Source: Chloroflexota bacterium (GTDB taxonomy: Bacteria > Chloroflexota > Dehalococcoidia > Dehalococcoidales > UBA2162). From it: a stretch of DNA of 64,000 nt. The DNA is taken from the NCBI GenBank assembly GCA_016190825.1, contig JACPPV010000004.1, positions 141 to 64,140 on the forward strand, in the 5' to 3' direction. Numbering within the stretch: position 1 is the first letter of the stretch; every line of letters starts with the position of its first letter. Below, in pieces: positions 1 to 10,430 of this stretch. A model generated the notes under the pieces. The model made no database searches, was not told where the DNA came from, and worked only from the letters and a program-made list of their open reading frames with translations. The position numbers were made by a program, and so were the translations under genes.

Positions 1-15
1 TCATAATCGTCAGGC

Positions 16-44
16 TTGCATTAGGCGTAATCTGATGCTACAAT
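16..44 (+). promoter_or_regulatory. sigma70-like promoter candidate for the fdh operon
   Basis: TTGCAT (16..21), 17-nt spacer, TACAAT (39..44). It lies 37 nt upstream of the GTG start at 81, which is preceded by GGGAGG. Confidence 0.4.
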
Positions 45-80
45 ATCTATTTGGTGGGCAGCCTGTTTCGGGAGGTGTAA

Positions 81-545
81 GTGAATTTAAGAGAAGAATT
101 AGCCAGGGTTCTGGCTCCTTTCCAGGGTCAAAAAGGAGCTACCATTCCAGCCCTACAAAAAGTCCAGGAGAAATTAGGCTATCTTCCCGAGGAGGCGATT
201 TCGGAGATAGCCAAATTTTTGGGTTTGTCCAAGAATGAGGTCTATGGGGTGGCCACTTTTTATGCCCAGTTCCGTTTTGAGAGGCAGGGTGAGCATGTAA
301 TCAGGGTTTGCCATGGTACCGCCTGCCACGTTCGCGGTAGCCCCCGTATTTCGGAAACTTTGGAAGAGGAACTGGGTATCAAAGAAGGGGAGACTACCAA
401 GGATAACAAATATACCGTGGAGGGAATTGCTTGTTTTGGCTCATGTGCCCTAGCTCCGGTAATGGTCGTGGATAACAAGATATACGGCAGAATGACAGCC
501 CCCAAGGTAAAACAGATATTGGGTGAGTACCAGGGGGCAAAATAA
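81..545 (+). CDS. NuoE/HoxE/FdsG-like [2Fe-2S] subunit of NAD-linked formate dehydrogenase
   Basis: 154 aa. Thioredoxin-like 2Fe-2S Cys pattern (VCHGTACHV ... CFGSCALAP). Stop overlaps the next start (TAATG). Confidence 0.85.
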   Translation: MNLREELARVLAPFQGQKGATIPALQKVQEKLGYLPEEAISEIAKFLGLSKNEVYGVATFYAQFRFERQGEHVIRVCHGTACHVRGSPRISETLEEELGIKEGETTKDNKYTVEGIACFGSCALAPVMVVDNKIYGRMTAPKVKQILGEYQGAK

Positions 546-2482
546 TGTCATTCGATGAAATTAGAAAGCAAGCAATTTCCGAATGGGAGACTTTACAGAA
601 CAGCCCGAAACCGCGTATTTTGCTCGGTATGGCAACATGCGGGCGGGCCGCTGGAGGAATGTCCGTCTTCGAAGCTGTCCAGAAAGAATTGAGCCTCCGC
701 AATATCGATGCTATCGTAACCCAGGTGGGCTGTATTGGACTTTGTTATGCTGAGCCTCTGGTTGATATCGTTAAACCAGGCAAACCTCGTATTTGCTATG
801 GCTCGATGACACCCAAGACCGTACCGCAATTGATTGAAGACTACCTTGTAAATGACAATCCCAGGCCTGACCTTGCGTTAGGTACGATCGGTGAAGCTAC
901 CGTCGAAGGGATTCCCAGGCTCTTCGACCTTCCGTTCCTAAAACCTCAAGTGCGTATAGTTTTGCGCAACTGCGGGATTATCGACCCGGAAGATACTAAT
1001 CAATACATTGCCAATGGTGGCTATACCGGTTTAGTCAGAGCTTTGCAAATGACTCCCGTTCAGGTCATTGATGAAATCAAAAAATCTGGATTGCGGGGGC
1101 GGGGTGGGGCAGGGTTCCCTACCGGACAAAAATGGGAGTTCTGTCACCGGGCTTCTGGCTCCCCCAAATATATTATATGCAATGCCGATGAAGGTGACCC
1201 CGGTGCTTTCATGAACCGGTCGCTACTTGAAGGAGACCCTCACTCCGTACTGGAGGGAATGCTGATCGGTGCCTATGCCATCGGGGCAAATGAAGGGTAT
1301 ATTTATTGCCGGGCAGAATACCCTTTAGCCATTGAGAGACTCAATACTGCCATCAGCCAGATGAAAAAATACGGCTTAATCGGGGAACATATCCTGAACT
1401 CAGATTTCAGCTTCGAGATCCATATCAAAGAGGGTGCCGGCGCCTTTGTCTGCGGTGAGGAGACGGCTCTTATGGCTTCCATCGAAGGCAAACGTGGAAT
1501 GCCCCGCCCCCGCCCACCCTTTCCGGCTAACGCCGGCCTTTGGGGCAAACCGACTAACATCAACAATGTCGAAACTTGGGCTGATGCTGCCGTCATAATG
1601 CAGCGAGGTGCTCAGTGGTATTCCGCTATTGGTGGTGAGACCAATAAAGGGACGAAAACCTTTGCTTTGGTGGGCAAAGTGGAACGCACCGGTCTGGTTG
1701 AAGTCCCTCTGGGTATGCCTTTGCGTAAAATTATCTTCGAACTGGGTGGGGGGATTGCCGGTGGGAAGCAGTATAAGGCAACTCAAACCGGCGGGCCATC
1801 CGGTGGGTGTCTCCCTGTCACCTTGCTTGATATCCCGGTAGATAATGAAGCTTTGACCAAAGCCGGTTCCATTATGGGCTCCGGAGGTATGGTAGTTACG
1901 GACCAGGATACCTGCATGGTAGATTTTGCCCGTTTCTTTCTAACTTTTACCCAGTCCGAGTCCTGTGGTAAGTGTGTTCCTTGCCGAGTAGGCACCAAAC
2001 ACCTGCTTACCATTCTGGAACGCATCACCCGGGGAGAGGGCAAGCCGGAAGACATCGAACAGATTGAGCATCTGGGCCAACTTGTGAAATCCACATCACT
2101 CTGTGGACTGGGGCAAACAGCGCCCAATCCGGCGCTGACGACGCTTCGCTACTTCCGCGACGAGTATGAAGCCCACATTAATGAGAAACGGTGTCCCGCT
2201 CTTGTCTGTACCGAGTTGATCAGATACTACATACTTGCAGACAAATGCCAGGGGTGCCTTATATGTGCCCGAGAGTGTCCAGTGCAGGCTATCACTGGTG
2301 GCAAACGGCTGGTGCACGTCATTGACCAGGAGAAGTGCATCAAGTGTGGCACCTGCCTTGAGGTCTGTCCGCGACTCTTCTCCGCCGTAATTAAGGTCTC
2401 CGGACAGGAAATAAAAGTGCCCGAAGAACCTGTGCCGGTTATCGCCGGTAAGAAAGGGGCCGCTTCTTCTGAAGTTAGGTAG
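545..2482 (+). CDS. NuoF/HydB/FdsB-like flavoprotein subunit (FMN, NAD(H), Fe-S)
   Basis: 645 aa. N-terminal extra thioredoxin-like domain (MATCGRAAGG...GCIGLCYAEP). NuoF core (GRGGAGFPTGQKW; ESCGKCVPCR). C-terminal 2x[4Fe-4S] ferredoxin motifs (CQGCLICARECP, CIKCGTCLEVCP). Confidence 0.9.
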   Translation: MSFDEIRKQAISEWETLQNSPKPRILLGMATCGRAAGGMSVFEAVQKELSLRNIDAIVTQVGCIGLCYAEPLVDIVKPGKPRICYGSMTPKTVPQLIEDYLVNDNPRPDLALGTIGEATVEGIPRLFDLPFLKPQVRIVLRNCGIIDPEDTNQYIANGGYTGLVRALQMTPVQVIDEIKKSGLRGRGGAGFPTGQKWEFCHRASGSPKYIICNADEGDPGAFMNRSLLEGDPHSVLEGMLIGAYAIGANEGYIYCRAEYPLAIERLNTAISQMKKYGLIGEHILNSDFSFEIHIKEGAGAFVCGEETALMASIEGKRGMPRPRPPFPANAGLWGKPTNINNVETWADAAVIMQRGAQWYSAIGGETNKGTKTFALVGKVERTGLVEVPLGMPLRKIIFELGGGIAGGKQYKATQTGGPSGGCLPVTLLDIPVDNEALTKAGSIMGSGGMVVTDQDTCMVDFARFFLTFTQSESCGKCVPCRVGTKHLLTILERITRGEGKPEDIEQIEHLGQLVKSTSLCGLGQTAPNPALTTLRYFRDEYEAHINEKRCPALVCTELIRYYILADKCQGCLICARECPVQAITGGKRLVHVIDQEKCIKCGTCLEVCPRLFSAVIKVSGQEIKVPEEPVPVIAGKKGAASSEVR

Positions 2483-2516
2483 ATATCAGATAAGAACGCG
2501 ACCTGGAGGAACAGGA

Positions 2517-5276
2517 ATGGCAACAGATAAAATAAATTTAACAATTGATGATACACAGGTCGCCGGCAAAGTCGGGATGACGGTGCTCGAGGTAGCCAGG
2601 GAGAATGGTATTTACATACCCACCCTCTGCTATCATCGCCAACTCACCCCGTATGGCGGCTGCCGGATGTGCATCGTTGAGATTGAAAAGATGCGCGGCC
2701 TGCCACCTTCATGCACCACTCCGGCGACGGAAGGGATGGTTGTCAAAACAAACACTCCCCAGCTCCAGGATTTCCGTCGCGGCGTCCTTGAGTTCATCCT
2801 TACCGAACACCCCCATGTCTGCCTTATCTGCGACCGGCGCCAGCGCTGCAAGCCTTTCGATATATGCCTGCGCAGTGCTTCGGTTACTGAACGTTGTGTT
2901 CTCTGCCCTGAGAACGGTCACTGCGAGTTGCAGGAAGTATCCGACTATGTAGGGATAAAAGAGATAAAGCTGCCCTACACCTACAAGCGCGAGGAAGTAT
3001 ACCGCAACGATCCGTTTTTCGACCGGGACTACAATTTGTGTATTTTGTGCGGGCGCTGCGTTCGTATGTGCCAGGAGGTGCGCGGCGCCGCCGCCATCGC
3101 CTTTATCCAGCGCGGCAGCCGGACGGTTGTCGGCACGGCATTCGGTCACCCCCTCCAGGAGTCGGGCTGCCAGTTCTGCGGCGCGTGCGTAGACGCTTGC
3201 CCGGTCGGCGCACTGGCTGAGCGAGCCAGAAAGTGGGCCGGCGAACCGGACCGTGAAGTAGTGACCACCTGTCCTTACTGCGGTGTTGGCTGCCAGCTTA
3301 AAGTGGAACTCAAAGGGGACAGGATCATCGAGGTCCTCCCGCATGAGGAGAACGAGACCAACCGCGGGCAGGTCTGCGTGAAGGGACGTTTCGGCATCCA
3401 GGAGTTTGTCTATCACCAGGACCGCCTGAAGACGCCCCTAATAAGGCGTGACGGGCAGTTCGTTGAGGCCAGCTGGGATGAGGCGCTGGACCTGATTGCC
3501 AGCCGCTTGGGGAATTACAGCAAGGACGAAGTCGCCGTGATCGCCTCAGCCAAGTGCACTAATGAGGACAACTATGTCGCTCAGAAATTCGGACGGGCCG
3601 TGCTGGGCACGAACAACATAGACCATTGCGCCCGTCTTTGACATTCTCCCACAGTGGCCGGTCTGGCCGCAGCATTCGGAAGCGGGGCGATGACAAACTC
3701 CATCCATGATATTGGCGAATCTGCCTGCATACTGGCGATCGGCACCAATACTAACGAGGCTCATCCGGTAATCAGCCTTGAGGTATTGAGGTCGCTCAGG
3801 CAGAAGGGCGGCAAGCTCATCGTGGTCAACCCGCGGGAAATTGGCCTGGTGCGCCATGCCACATTGTGGGTCAGGCCGCGTCCCGGCACTGATGTTCCTC
3901 TGCTTCTGGGAATGGCGAAGGTGATCGTCGATGATGGCCTTCTGGACAAAACCTTTATCAGCGAGCGCTGTGAGAATTTCGAGGAATTTGAGACGACCCT
4001 GAAGGATATTGATCTGCCGACCGTATCTGAAATTACCGGCGTGCCGGTCGACCGGATGATCGAAGCGGCTCGCATGTACGCCACCAGCAAGCCGGCGGCT
4101 ATCCTTTACACAATGGGCATCACGCAGCACTCTCATGGCACCGATAATGTTATGGCTATCGCCAACCTGGCGATGCTCACCGGCAACATCGGCAAGCCCG
4201 GCAGCGGGGTCAATCCCTTACGCGGACAGAACAATGTTCAGGGTGCCTGCGATATGGGCGGCCTCCCGGACGTCTTTTCCGGTTACCAGCAGGTGGGCAA
4301 TGAGGCGGCCAGGCAGAAGATGGAGGCAGCCTGGGGTATTCAGTTGAACCCGGTCCGCGGCCTGACATTGACGGAGATTTTTGATGCCGCCCACCGCAAG
4401 GATATCAAGGCGATTTACCTCATCGGGGAAAACCCGGTGCTGACCGACCCGGATTCCAACCATGTCCAGCAGGCGCTGGAGCATCTTGATTTCCTGGTAG
4501 TGCAGGATATTTTCCTTACGGAAACGGCGAAACTGGCGGATGTCGTCCTGCCTTCGACCAGTTCCGTTGAGAGAGACGGCACCTTCACTAACACCGAACG
4601 CAGGGTGCAGCGCGTAAGGAAAGCGATTGAACCCATTGGAGATTCCCGGCCGGACTGGCTGATTACTTGCCAGATAGCGCAGAGGATGGGTGGCAAGGGA
4701 TTTGACTTCAGTCATCCTTCCGAGATCATGGACGAGATTGCCCGTGTCACGCCGAGCTACGGAGGCATTTCCTTTGCGCGTCTGGAGAAGATAGGCTTAC
4801 AATGGCCCTGCCCCACCCCGGAGCACCCCGGGACTGCCATTCTCCACACCCAGGTATTTACGCGTGGCAAGGGAAAATTCACCCCGGTCCTCTACCGGCC
4901 TCCGGCTGAGGTACCTGACAAAGAGTATCCGCTGGTTCTGACCACCGGTCGCCGGTTGTTCCAGTACCACAGCGGCACGATGAGCCGGAAGGTGAAAGGG
5001 CTCAATCTAATCGTCAAAGAGGGGACGGTCGAGATAAACCCGGTAGATGCTGCTGCATTGGGCATTGTCCACGGCGATAACGTCAGGGTCACCTCCCGCC
5101 GAGGCGAGGTAACGGCCAAGGCCTCGGTGACTGAGGTCTCCCAGCGCGGCGTCGTCTTCATGGATATCCACTTCGCCGAGAGCGCGGCTAACGTGTTGAC
5201 TAATGCCGCTCTTGATCCGGTGGCGAAGATACCCGAGTTCAAGGTCTGCGCCGTCAAGGTTGAGAAAAATCACTAA
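2517..5276 (+). CDS. fdhA: Formate dehydrogenase catalytic subunit, selenocysteine-containing (two track ORFs joined by in-frame UGA)
   Basis: ORFs 2517..3641 and 3654..5276 share a frame. Read-through gives [30 protein letters not shown]. N-terminal NuoG-like 2Fe-2S (CYHRQLTPYGGCRMC), 4Fe-4S motifs (CILCGRCVRMC, CQFCGACVDACP) and MopB start TTCPYCGVGCQL. Confidence 0.85.
3639..3672 (+). promoter_or_regulatory. UGA selenocysteine codon plus candidate SECIS hairpin
   Basis: TGA at 3639..3641. Hairpin 3652..3672 has a core stem GGCC(3656..3659)/GGCC(3665..3668), apical GGTCT, and flanking G-C/U-G pairs. It starts 11 nt after the UGA. Confidence 0.45.
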
Positions 5277-5333
5277 AAATGACAAGCCAAGGCTGGAGAT
5301 TTCCGGTTCCCTCACATTAGGGGAAAAATCTCT

Positions 5334-5357
5334 GAGAGGGGCGTTGCCCCTCTTTTC
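5334..5357 (+). terminator. Rho-independent terminator after fdhA
   Basis: GAGAGGGGC-GTT-GCCCCTCT stem-loop (8-9 bp, GC-rich) followed by TTTT. Confidence 0.55.
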
Positions 5358-5376
5358 AATTATAGATGGTTTGAAT

Positions 5377-5404
5377 TGTCATTCTGAGCCACAGCGAAGA
5401 ATCC
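5377..5404 (+). repeat. GTCATTCTGAG-type short hairpin repeat (type D)
   Basis: tgtcattctgagccacagcgaagaatcc, with ATTCT/AGAAT arms. Related copies at 42603..42634 and 42658..42707. Confidence 0.6.
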
Positions 5405-5501
5405 GGGGGAGAGGCCGGTAAAGCAGGCAATCCCAAGAGAATCGGGACTCGGGGTGACACGGATGGGATGCAAACGCCTTTTTCAAAGAGGGGAGAGACA
5501 A

Positions 5502-6341
5502 TTGTACAAGATATTATTCAAACAGACACTGCTGCCAAAGATACACCTGATGAGGATCGAAGCCCCGAAGGTGGCCGCCAAAGCGCAGGCAGGGCAGTTC
5601 GTCGTCATTCGGATCGATGAGAGGGGGGAGCGTATCCCCCTCACCATCGCCGACTGGGATAATAAAGAAGGCAGCATTACCATTATTTTTATGGAGGTTG
5701 GGGCTTCCACTGCCCGTCTGGCGGCACTTAACGAAGGCGATTCTATAATGAACTTTGTCGGCCCGCTGGGGTTGCCAACCGAAATCGAAAAGTTCGGCAC
5801 AGTTATCTGTGTCGGCGGCGGCGTCGGCATTGCCCCCGTATTTCCGATCGCTCGAGCGCTCAGAGAGGCCGGAAACCGGGTGATAGCCATCATCGGGGCA
5901 CGTAGCAAAGACCTGCTCTTCTGGGAGGACATGATGCGCACGGTCAGCGACGAGCTTATCGTTACTACTGATGACGGTACCTATGCGCGCAAAGGGGTGG
6001 TGACCATTCCATTGAAAGAGCTGCTGGAAAGGGGCGAGAAGATAGATCGCGTCATCGCCATCGGGCCGGCGGTCATGATGAAGTTCTGCTCCCGGACCAC
6101 CCAGCCCTTTGGTGTGAAGACAATGGTCAGCCTCAACTCGATCATGGTTGACGGCACCGGCATGTGCGGCGCCTGCCGGGTTGCGGTCGGGGGGGTGACC
6201 AAATTTGCCTGCGTTGATGGGCCCGATTTCGATGGTCATGAAGTAGACTGGGACTTGCTTGCCGCGCGCCAGCGTATGTACATCGAGGAAGAGAAGATGT
6301 CATTCGAGCGGTGGCTGGCGAAACACGCTGTCACTGCATGA
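5502..6341 (+). CDS. nfnA: NfnA-like (PyrK/sulfide dehydrogenase gamma family) FAD/[2Fe-2S] subunit
   Basis: TTG 5502 behind GGGGAG gives MYKILFKQ. Ferredoxin-reductase fold and C-terminal Cys cluster (GTGMCGACRV...FACVDGP). The track ORF opens at 5454. Confidence 0.8.
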   Translation: MYKILFKQTLLPKIHLMRIEAPKVAAKAQAGQFVVIRIDERGERIPLTIADWDNKEGSITIIFMEVGASTARLAALNEGDSIMNFVGPLGLPTEIEKFGTVICVGGGVGIAPVFPIARALREAGNRVIAIIGARSKDLLFWEDMMRTVSDELIVTTDDGTYARKGVVTIPLKELLERGEKIDRVIAIGPAVMMKFCSRTTQPFGVKTMVSLNSIMVDGTGMCGACRVAVGGVTKFACVDGPDFDGHEVDWDLLAARQRMYIEEEKMSFERWLAKHAVTA

Positions 6342-6348
6342 TCCGCGT

Positions 6349-6397
6349 TGTCGTTCCCGCGAAGCTTGCCCCGTACCGTGATACGGGAGAGGGAATC
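6349..6397 (+). repeat. Type A two-tier hairpin repeat
   Basis: tgtcgttcccgcgaagcttgccccgtaccgtgatacgggagagggaatc, starting 8 bp after the nfnA stop. Confidence 0.7.
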
Positions 6398-6468
6398 TAG
6401 GTGGTGGAGTGGGGGGTAAATGAAAGTACCAACATTAGACATCAAGCCGCAAATGTGGAGAAGAATCT

Positions 6469-7863
6469 TTGCCTAAGTTGAATCTTAACCGGGAAGAGAT
6501 GCCCCGCCAGGACCCGAAAGCGCGGGGAAAAAATTTCAGTGAGGTGGCCCTGGGCTATAGCTTCGAGCAGGCGCTGGGTGAAGCCAGCCGCTGCATCCAG
6601 TGTCCCAAGCCTCTCTGTATGACCGGGTGTCCCGTAAGCGTCACCATCCCGGAGTTCATCAGGGCGCTCAGGGAAGGGGACATGCCGGCCGCCGCGAAAG
6701 CCCTGAAAATGAAGAATGCCCTGCCGGCAATCTGCGGGCGGGTCTGCCCGCAGGAGACGCAGTGCGAACAGGTCTGCGTGCTGGCCAAGCGGGGCGCGCC
6801 GGTAGCGATCGGGCGGCTGGAGAGATTCGTTGCCGACTGGGAACGCCGCCAGCAGGAAGCCGCCTCAGCGGTTTTGCCAGAACCGACCGGGAAAAAGGTG
6901 GCGCTGGTTGGCTCCGGTCCCGCCGGTCTCACTTGCGCTGCTGACCTCGCCAAAGCGGGCCACAGCGTGACCATTTATGAAGCCTTGCACGTAGCCGGCG
7001 GCGTCCTGATGTATGGCATACCCGAGTTCCGCCTGCCCAAAGAGATTGTCCAAGCTGATATCAACTACGTTATGTCACTGGGGGTGAAGATAGAGCTGGA
7101 CTCGGTGGTGGGCAAGTTGTTTACCGTTGACGACCTTCTTAAAGATGGCTACGATGCCGTTTTCCTGGGCACCGGCGCTGGTCTGCCCATGTTCCTCAAT
7201 ATCCCAGGGGAGAACCTCAATGGTGTTTACGCCGCCAACGAGTTCCTGACGCGAGTCAACCTGATGAAAGCTTACCGCTTCCCTGAGTACGATACGCCGG
7301 TCAAAGTGGGTAAGAAGGTGGCTGTTGTTGGTGCGGGAAATGTGGCCATGGACGCCGCCCGGAGTGCCCTGCGGCTGGGCGCTGAGGTGGTCTATGTTAT
7401 CTACCGCCGCTCAAGGGCGGAGATGCCCGCCCGCCATGAAGAAGTGGAGAATGCCGAGGAGGAAGGAATCGAGTTTCGCCTGCTGACCAACCCCAAGCGT
7501 TTCCTGGGCAATGAGCATGGTTCGCTGGTGGGAGTAGAGTGCTACGAGATGGAGCTTGGCGAGCCGGATGAAAGCGGACGCCGACGCCCCAGCGTCAAGC
7601 CCAACAGCGAGTTCACCATTGATGTGGATGTCGCCATAATCGCCCTGGGCACCACGCCCAACCCCCTGGTGGCGCAGACAACCATCGGACTGGATACCAC
7701 CCGCCACGGCACCGTTGTCGCCGATGAGACCACCGGGCGCACGGTCAAGCCGGGAGTGTGGGCTGGTGGAGATACCGTCACCGGCGCTGCCACCGTCATT
7801 AGTGCCATGGGCGCCGGGAGACGCGCCGCCGCGGATATAGACAGGTTTTTGAGAGAAAAGTAG
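6469..7863 (+). CDS. nfnB: NfnB / GltD-family NADPH-dependent oxidoreductase (2x[4Fe-4S], FAD)
   Basis: 464 aa. Cys motifs CIQCPKPLCMTGCP and CGRVCPQETQCEQVC. Rossmann motifs VGSGPAGL and VGAGNVAMD. TTG start. Confidence 0.85.
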   Translation: MPKLNLNREEMPRQDPKARGKNFSEVALGYSFEQALGEASRCIQCPKPLCMTGCPVSVTIPEFIRALREGDMPAAAKALKMKNALPAICGRVCPQETQCEQVCVLAKRGAPVAIGRLERFVADWERRQQEAASAVLPEPTGKKVALVGSGPAGLTCAADLAKAGHSVTIYEALHVAGGVLMYGIPEFRLPKEIVQADINYVMSLGVKIELDSVVGKLFTVDDLLKDGYDAVFLGTGAGLPMFLNIPGENLNGVYAANEFLTRVNLMKAYRFPEYDTPVKVGKKVAVVGAGNVAMDAARSALRLGAEVVYVIYRRSRAEMPARHEEVENAEEEGIEFRLLTNPKRFLGNEHGSLVGVECYEMELGEPDESGRRRPSVKPNSEFTIDVDVAIIALGTTPNPLVAQTTIGLDTTRHGTVVADETTGRTVKPGVWAGGDTVTGAATVISAMGAGRRAAADIDRFLREK

Positions 7864-7989
7864 GGAATGCTACTTCCAACAAAACGACCGAAACTCTGAT
7901 TGACAGTTGCTAAGTGGCGTAAACAACGAAGGTAATGAGCTATGGTCAGAATAGCCGTGCTACGGCTGCCCATGAAACTATTCTTCCAT

Positions 7990-8527
7990 TTGTGAAATAA
8001 GGCCTAAACATTCCAAGTCCGTGGCGACCTTCTCGATATCGCTCTTTGAGATATCCCATCCCAGCTTGCGGCCTCTTTGCCTATCTCTTTGTCAGATGCT
8101 TCGCCTTTTTCTGATACGATATAATGCATCTTTGCCGCGAGTGAGAGTATGTTAAAATCATTTGACATTTCGCAGGAGTTTAGCTGGCAATAGCTTGACG
8201 CCATTCTCGAACTTCTTTGCGTTGGCTCATGCTATCCAACAAAGACTCACCATCTTCAGTGACACTGCATGTCTAGCGCCGTACCTCGCCAAAGACATTG
8301 GAAGACGGAAATACTTCCGCGTTTCCCTTTAAGAATCCAGTGCTTACAAGACCATCAACGACATGGGCAATGGTAATTGAGGAAGTTGTCGATAAAGCCT
8401 GGTGATCATCATAGGAATACAGTTTACTTAACTCCTGATTCCATCTTTGACACTCTCTTAACCCATTGCTGACCTGCGCAGTGCCATATATAATTGGTTT
8501 GATGAGTGATTTGGTCATCCTCTTCAT
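7990..8527 (-). pseudogene. Decayed gene of unknown function with winged-helix-like C-terminus
   Basis: ORF 8273..8527 ends at TAG, and the same frame continues (TCSVTEDGESLLDSMSQRKEVREWRQ...). Further downstream, plausible peptide is split over two frames (IVSEKGEASDKEIGKE / RGRKLGWDISKSDIEKVATDLECLGLISQMEE). The region looks visibly AT-richer than its neighbours. Confidence 0.4.
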
Positions 8528-8595
8528 TATCCTGTTATTCTTGCTGGCAAGTGTAGCGGTAGTATCCGTTTGTCAGCGATTGATGAAATAGTGAG

Positions 8596-8688
8596 ATGAA
8601 TACCCTTTATGCTGTCTCAGGGATAATCTCGCTCTGTTTGCTCGTATACCTTTTTCTGGCTCTTCTGAAACCGGAGTGGTTCAAATGA
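8596..8688 (+). CDS. kdpF: KdpF small subunit (not in ORF track)
   Basis: 30 codons: [30 protein letters not shown]. This is the KdpF-like hydrophobic helix ending in ...ALLKPEWF. The stop overlaps the kdpA ATG (ATGA). Confidence 0.75.
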   Translation: MNTLYAVSGIISLCLLVYLFLALLKPEWFK

Positions 8689-10424
8689 CTATCTTTGACT
8701 GGCTCCAAATCGGACTATATTTACTTGTCCTTTTGCTGCTGGTCAAACCGCTCGGGGCCTACATGGCACACGTCTACGAAGGCGAACGCACCTTTCTCTC
8801 GCCTCTGGTGGGACCGGTTGAGCGCCTGCTTTACCGGATATCCGGACTACGAGGCGACGAAGAAATGGACTGGAAGACCTACGCCCTATCCATGTTATTC
8901 TTCAATTTCGCGGGTCTGCTTCTGCTTTACGCCCTGCAACGTCTTCAAGGGGTCCTGCCCCTTAATCCACAAGACCTCGGAACGGTCCGGCCTGATCTCG
9001 CCTTCAACGCCGCGGCGAGTTTCGCTAGCAATACCAACTGGCAGAGCTACAGCGGCGAGACCACCATGAGCTATTTATCAAAAATGCTGGGATTTACGGT
9101 CCAGAACTTTCTTTCCGCGGCCACGGGCATGGCGATACTGGTGGCCATGACAAGAGGCTTTGTCAGGCAATCTGCCAGGACGATAGGCAATTTCTGGGTG
9201 GATATGAGCCGGAGCGTACTCTACATCTTGCTACCACTATCGTTAGTGCTGGCGGTTATTCTGGTTTCTCAGGGGGTAGTACAAACACTTGACGGCTCTC
9301 AAGTAGTCCGGTTGGTGGAGCCAGTGCGAGACGCTAACGGACAGACAGTCAACCAGCAGGTGATCGCCGTAGGGCCTGTCGCCTCAGAGGTGGCTATCAA
9401 GCAGCTCGGCACCAACGGAGGTGGCTTCTTCAACGTCAACTCGGCTCATCCCTTTGAAAATCCGACCCCCTTATCCAATTTCCTCGAATCGCTGGCGATA
9501 CTTCTAATCCCGGCGGCATTGTGCTACACCTTCGGCAAGATGGTGGGCGATACTCGCAAGGGCTGGGCTATATTCGCCGCCATGACTATCATCTTTGTGG
9601 TAATGCTGTCTGTGGCTGTCTGGGCAGAGCAAGGCAGAAATCCGGCCATGGGTTTCGTTAACGTAGACCACCGTGCCTCAAGAGTTCAATCAGGCGGCAA
9701 TATGGAGGGCAAAGAGGTGCGTTTCGGTGCCGCCAATTCAGCGCTGTGGGCAACAGCCACCACCGCCGCTTCAAACGGCTCGGTAAACTCGATGCATGAT
9801 TCTTTTACACCCATTGGCGGCCTCGTCCCAATGTGGTTGATTCAGCTCGGCGAGGTGGTCTACGGAGGAGTCGGTTCTGGCTTATACGGCATGCTCGCTT
9901 TCGTCATCATTGCCGTGTTCGTTGCCGGCCTGATGATCGGGCGGACGCCGGAATACCTGGGCAAGAAGATAGAAGCTTATGAGATGAAAATGGCTTCGCT
10001 GATGGTACTGGTCCCGGTCCTGCTGGTGCTATTTGGGACGGCTATTGCGGTAGTTACTCCGATGGGCAGGGCGGGGATTTTTAATCCCGGTGCACATGGT
10101 TTCAGCGAAGTATTATACGCTTTCTCGTCAGCCGGTAACAATAACGGCAGCGCGTTCGCCGGTATCATGGCCAACACGCCTTTTTACAATATCGCTCTTG
10201 GCCTGGCTATGCTCTTTGGCCGCTACTGGCTGGCAATACCGGCGCTGGCTATAGCCGGCTCGCTGGTGCAGAAGAAGAAGATACCAATCTCGGCCGGCAC
10301 CTTGCCGACTCATAGCCCCCTGTTTGTTTTCTGGCTTACCGCAGTGGTTATCATAGTTGGGGCGCTCAGTTTCTTTCCGGCACTATCTCTTGGGCCAATT
10401 GTCGAACAATTGTTGGAAAGGTAA
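8685..10424 (+). CDS. kdpA: Potassium-transporting ATPase subunit A
   Basis: About 580 aa polytopic protein with collinear KdpA-type sequence. ATG 8685 gives [10 protein letters not shown]. The track ORF opens at GTG 8676. Confidence 0.95.
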   Translation: MTIFDWLQIGLYLLVLLLLVKPLGAYMAHVYEGERTFLSPLVGPVERLLYRISGLRGDEEMDWKTYALSMLFFNFAGLLLLYALQRLQGVLPLNPQDLGTVRPDLAFNAAASFASNTNWQSYSGETTMSYLSKMLGFTVQNFLSAATGMAILVAMTRGFVRQSARTIGNFWVDMSRSVLYILLPLSLVLAVILVSQGVVQTLDGSQVVRLVEPVRDANGQTVNQQVIAVGPVASEVAIKQLGTNGGGFFNVNSAHPFENPTPLSNFLESLAILLIPAALCYTFGKMVGDTRKGWAIFAAMTIIFVVMLSVAVWAEQGRNPAMGFVNVDHRASRVQSGGNMEGKEVRFGAANSALWATATTAASNGSVNSMHDSFTPIGGLVPMWLIQLGEVVYGGVGSGLYGMLAFVIIAVFVAGLMIGRTPEYLGKKIEAYEMKMASLMVLVPVLLVLFGTAIAVVTPMGRAGIFNPGAHGFSEVLYAFSSAGNNNGSAFAGIMANTPFYNIALGLAMLFGRYWLAIPALAIAGSLVQKKKIPISAGTLPTHSPLFVFWLTAVVIIVGALSFFPALSLGPIVEQLLER

Positions 10425-10430
10425 CTACAG

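Noticed and set aside
35-238. 67-aa ORF overlapping the start of the NuoE-like gene.
   Set aside because: It is in a different frame from a well-supported gene, with no SD and a low-complexity product.
8273-8275. In-frame TAG in the 8273..8527 gene as programmed recoding (for example pyrrolysine).
   Set aside because: The downstream sequence needs additional frameshifts to stay coding, and the region is compositionally atypical. Gene decay is the simpler explanation.
8528-8595. c-di-AMP (ydaO-type) riboswitch ahead of the kdp operon.
   Set aside because: The gap is only 68 nt and contains none of the conserved pseudo-symmetric motif elements.
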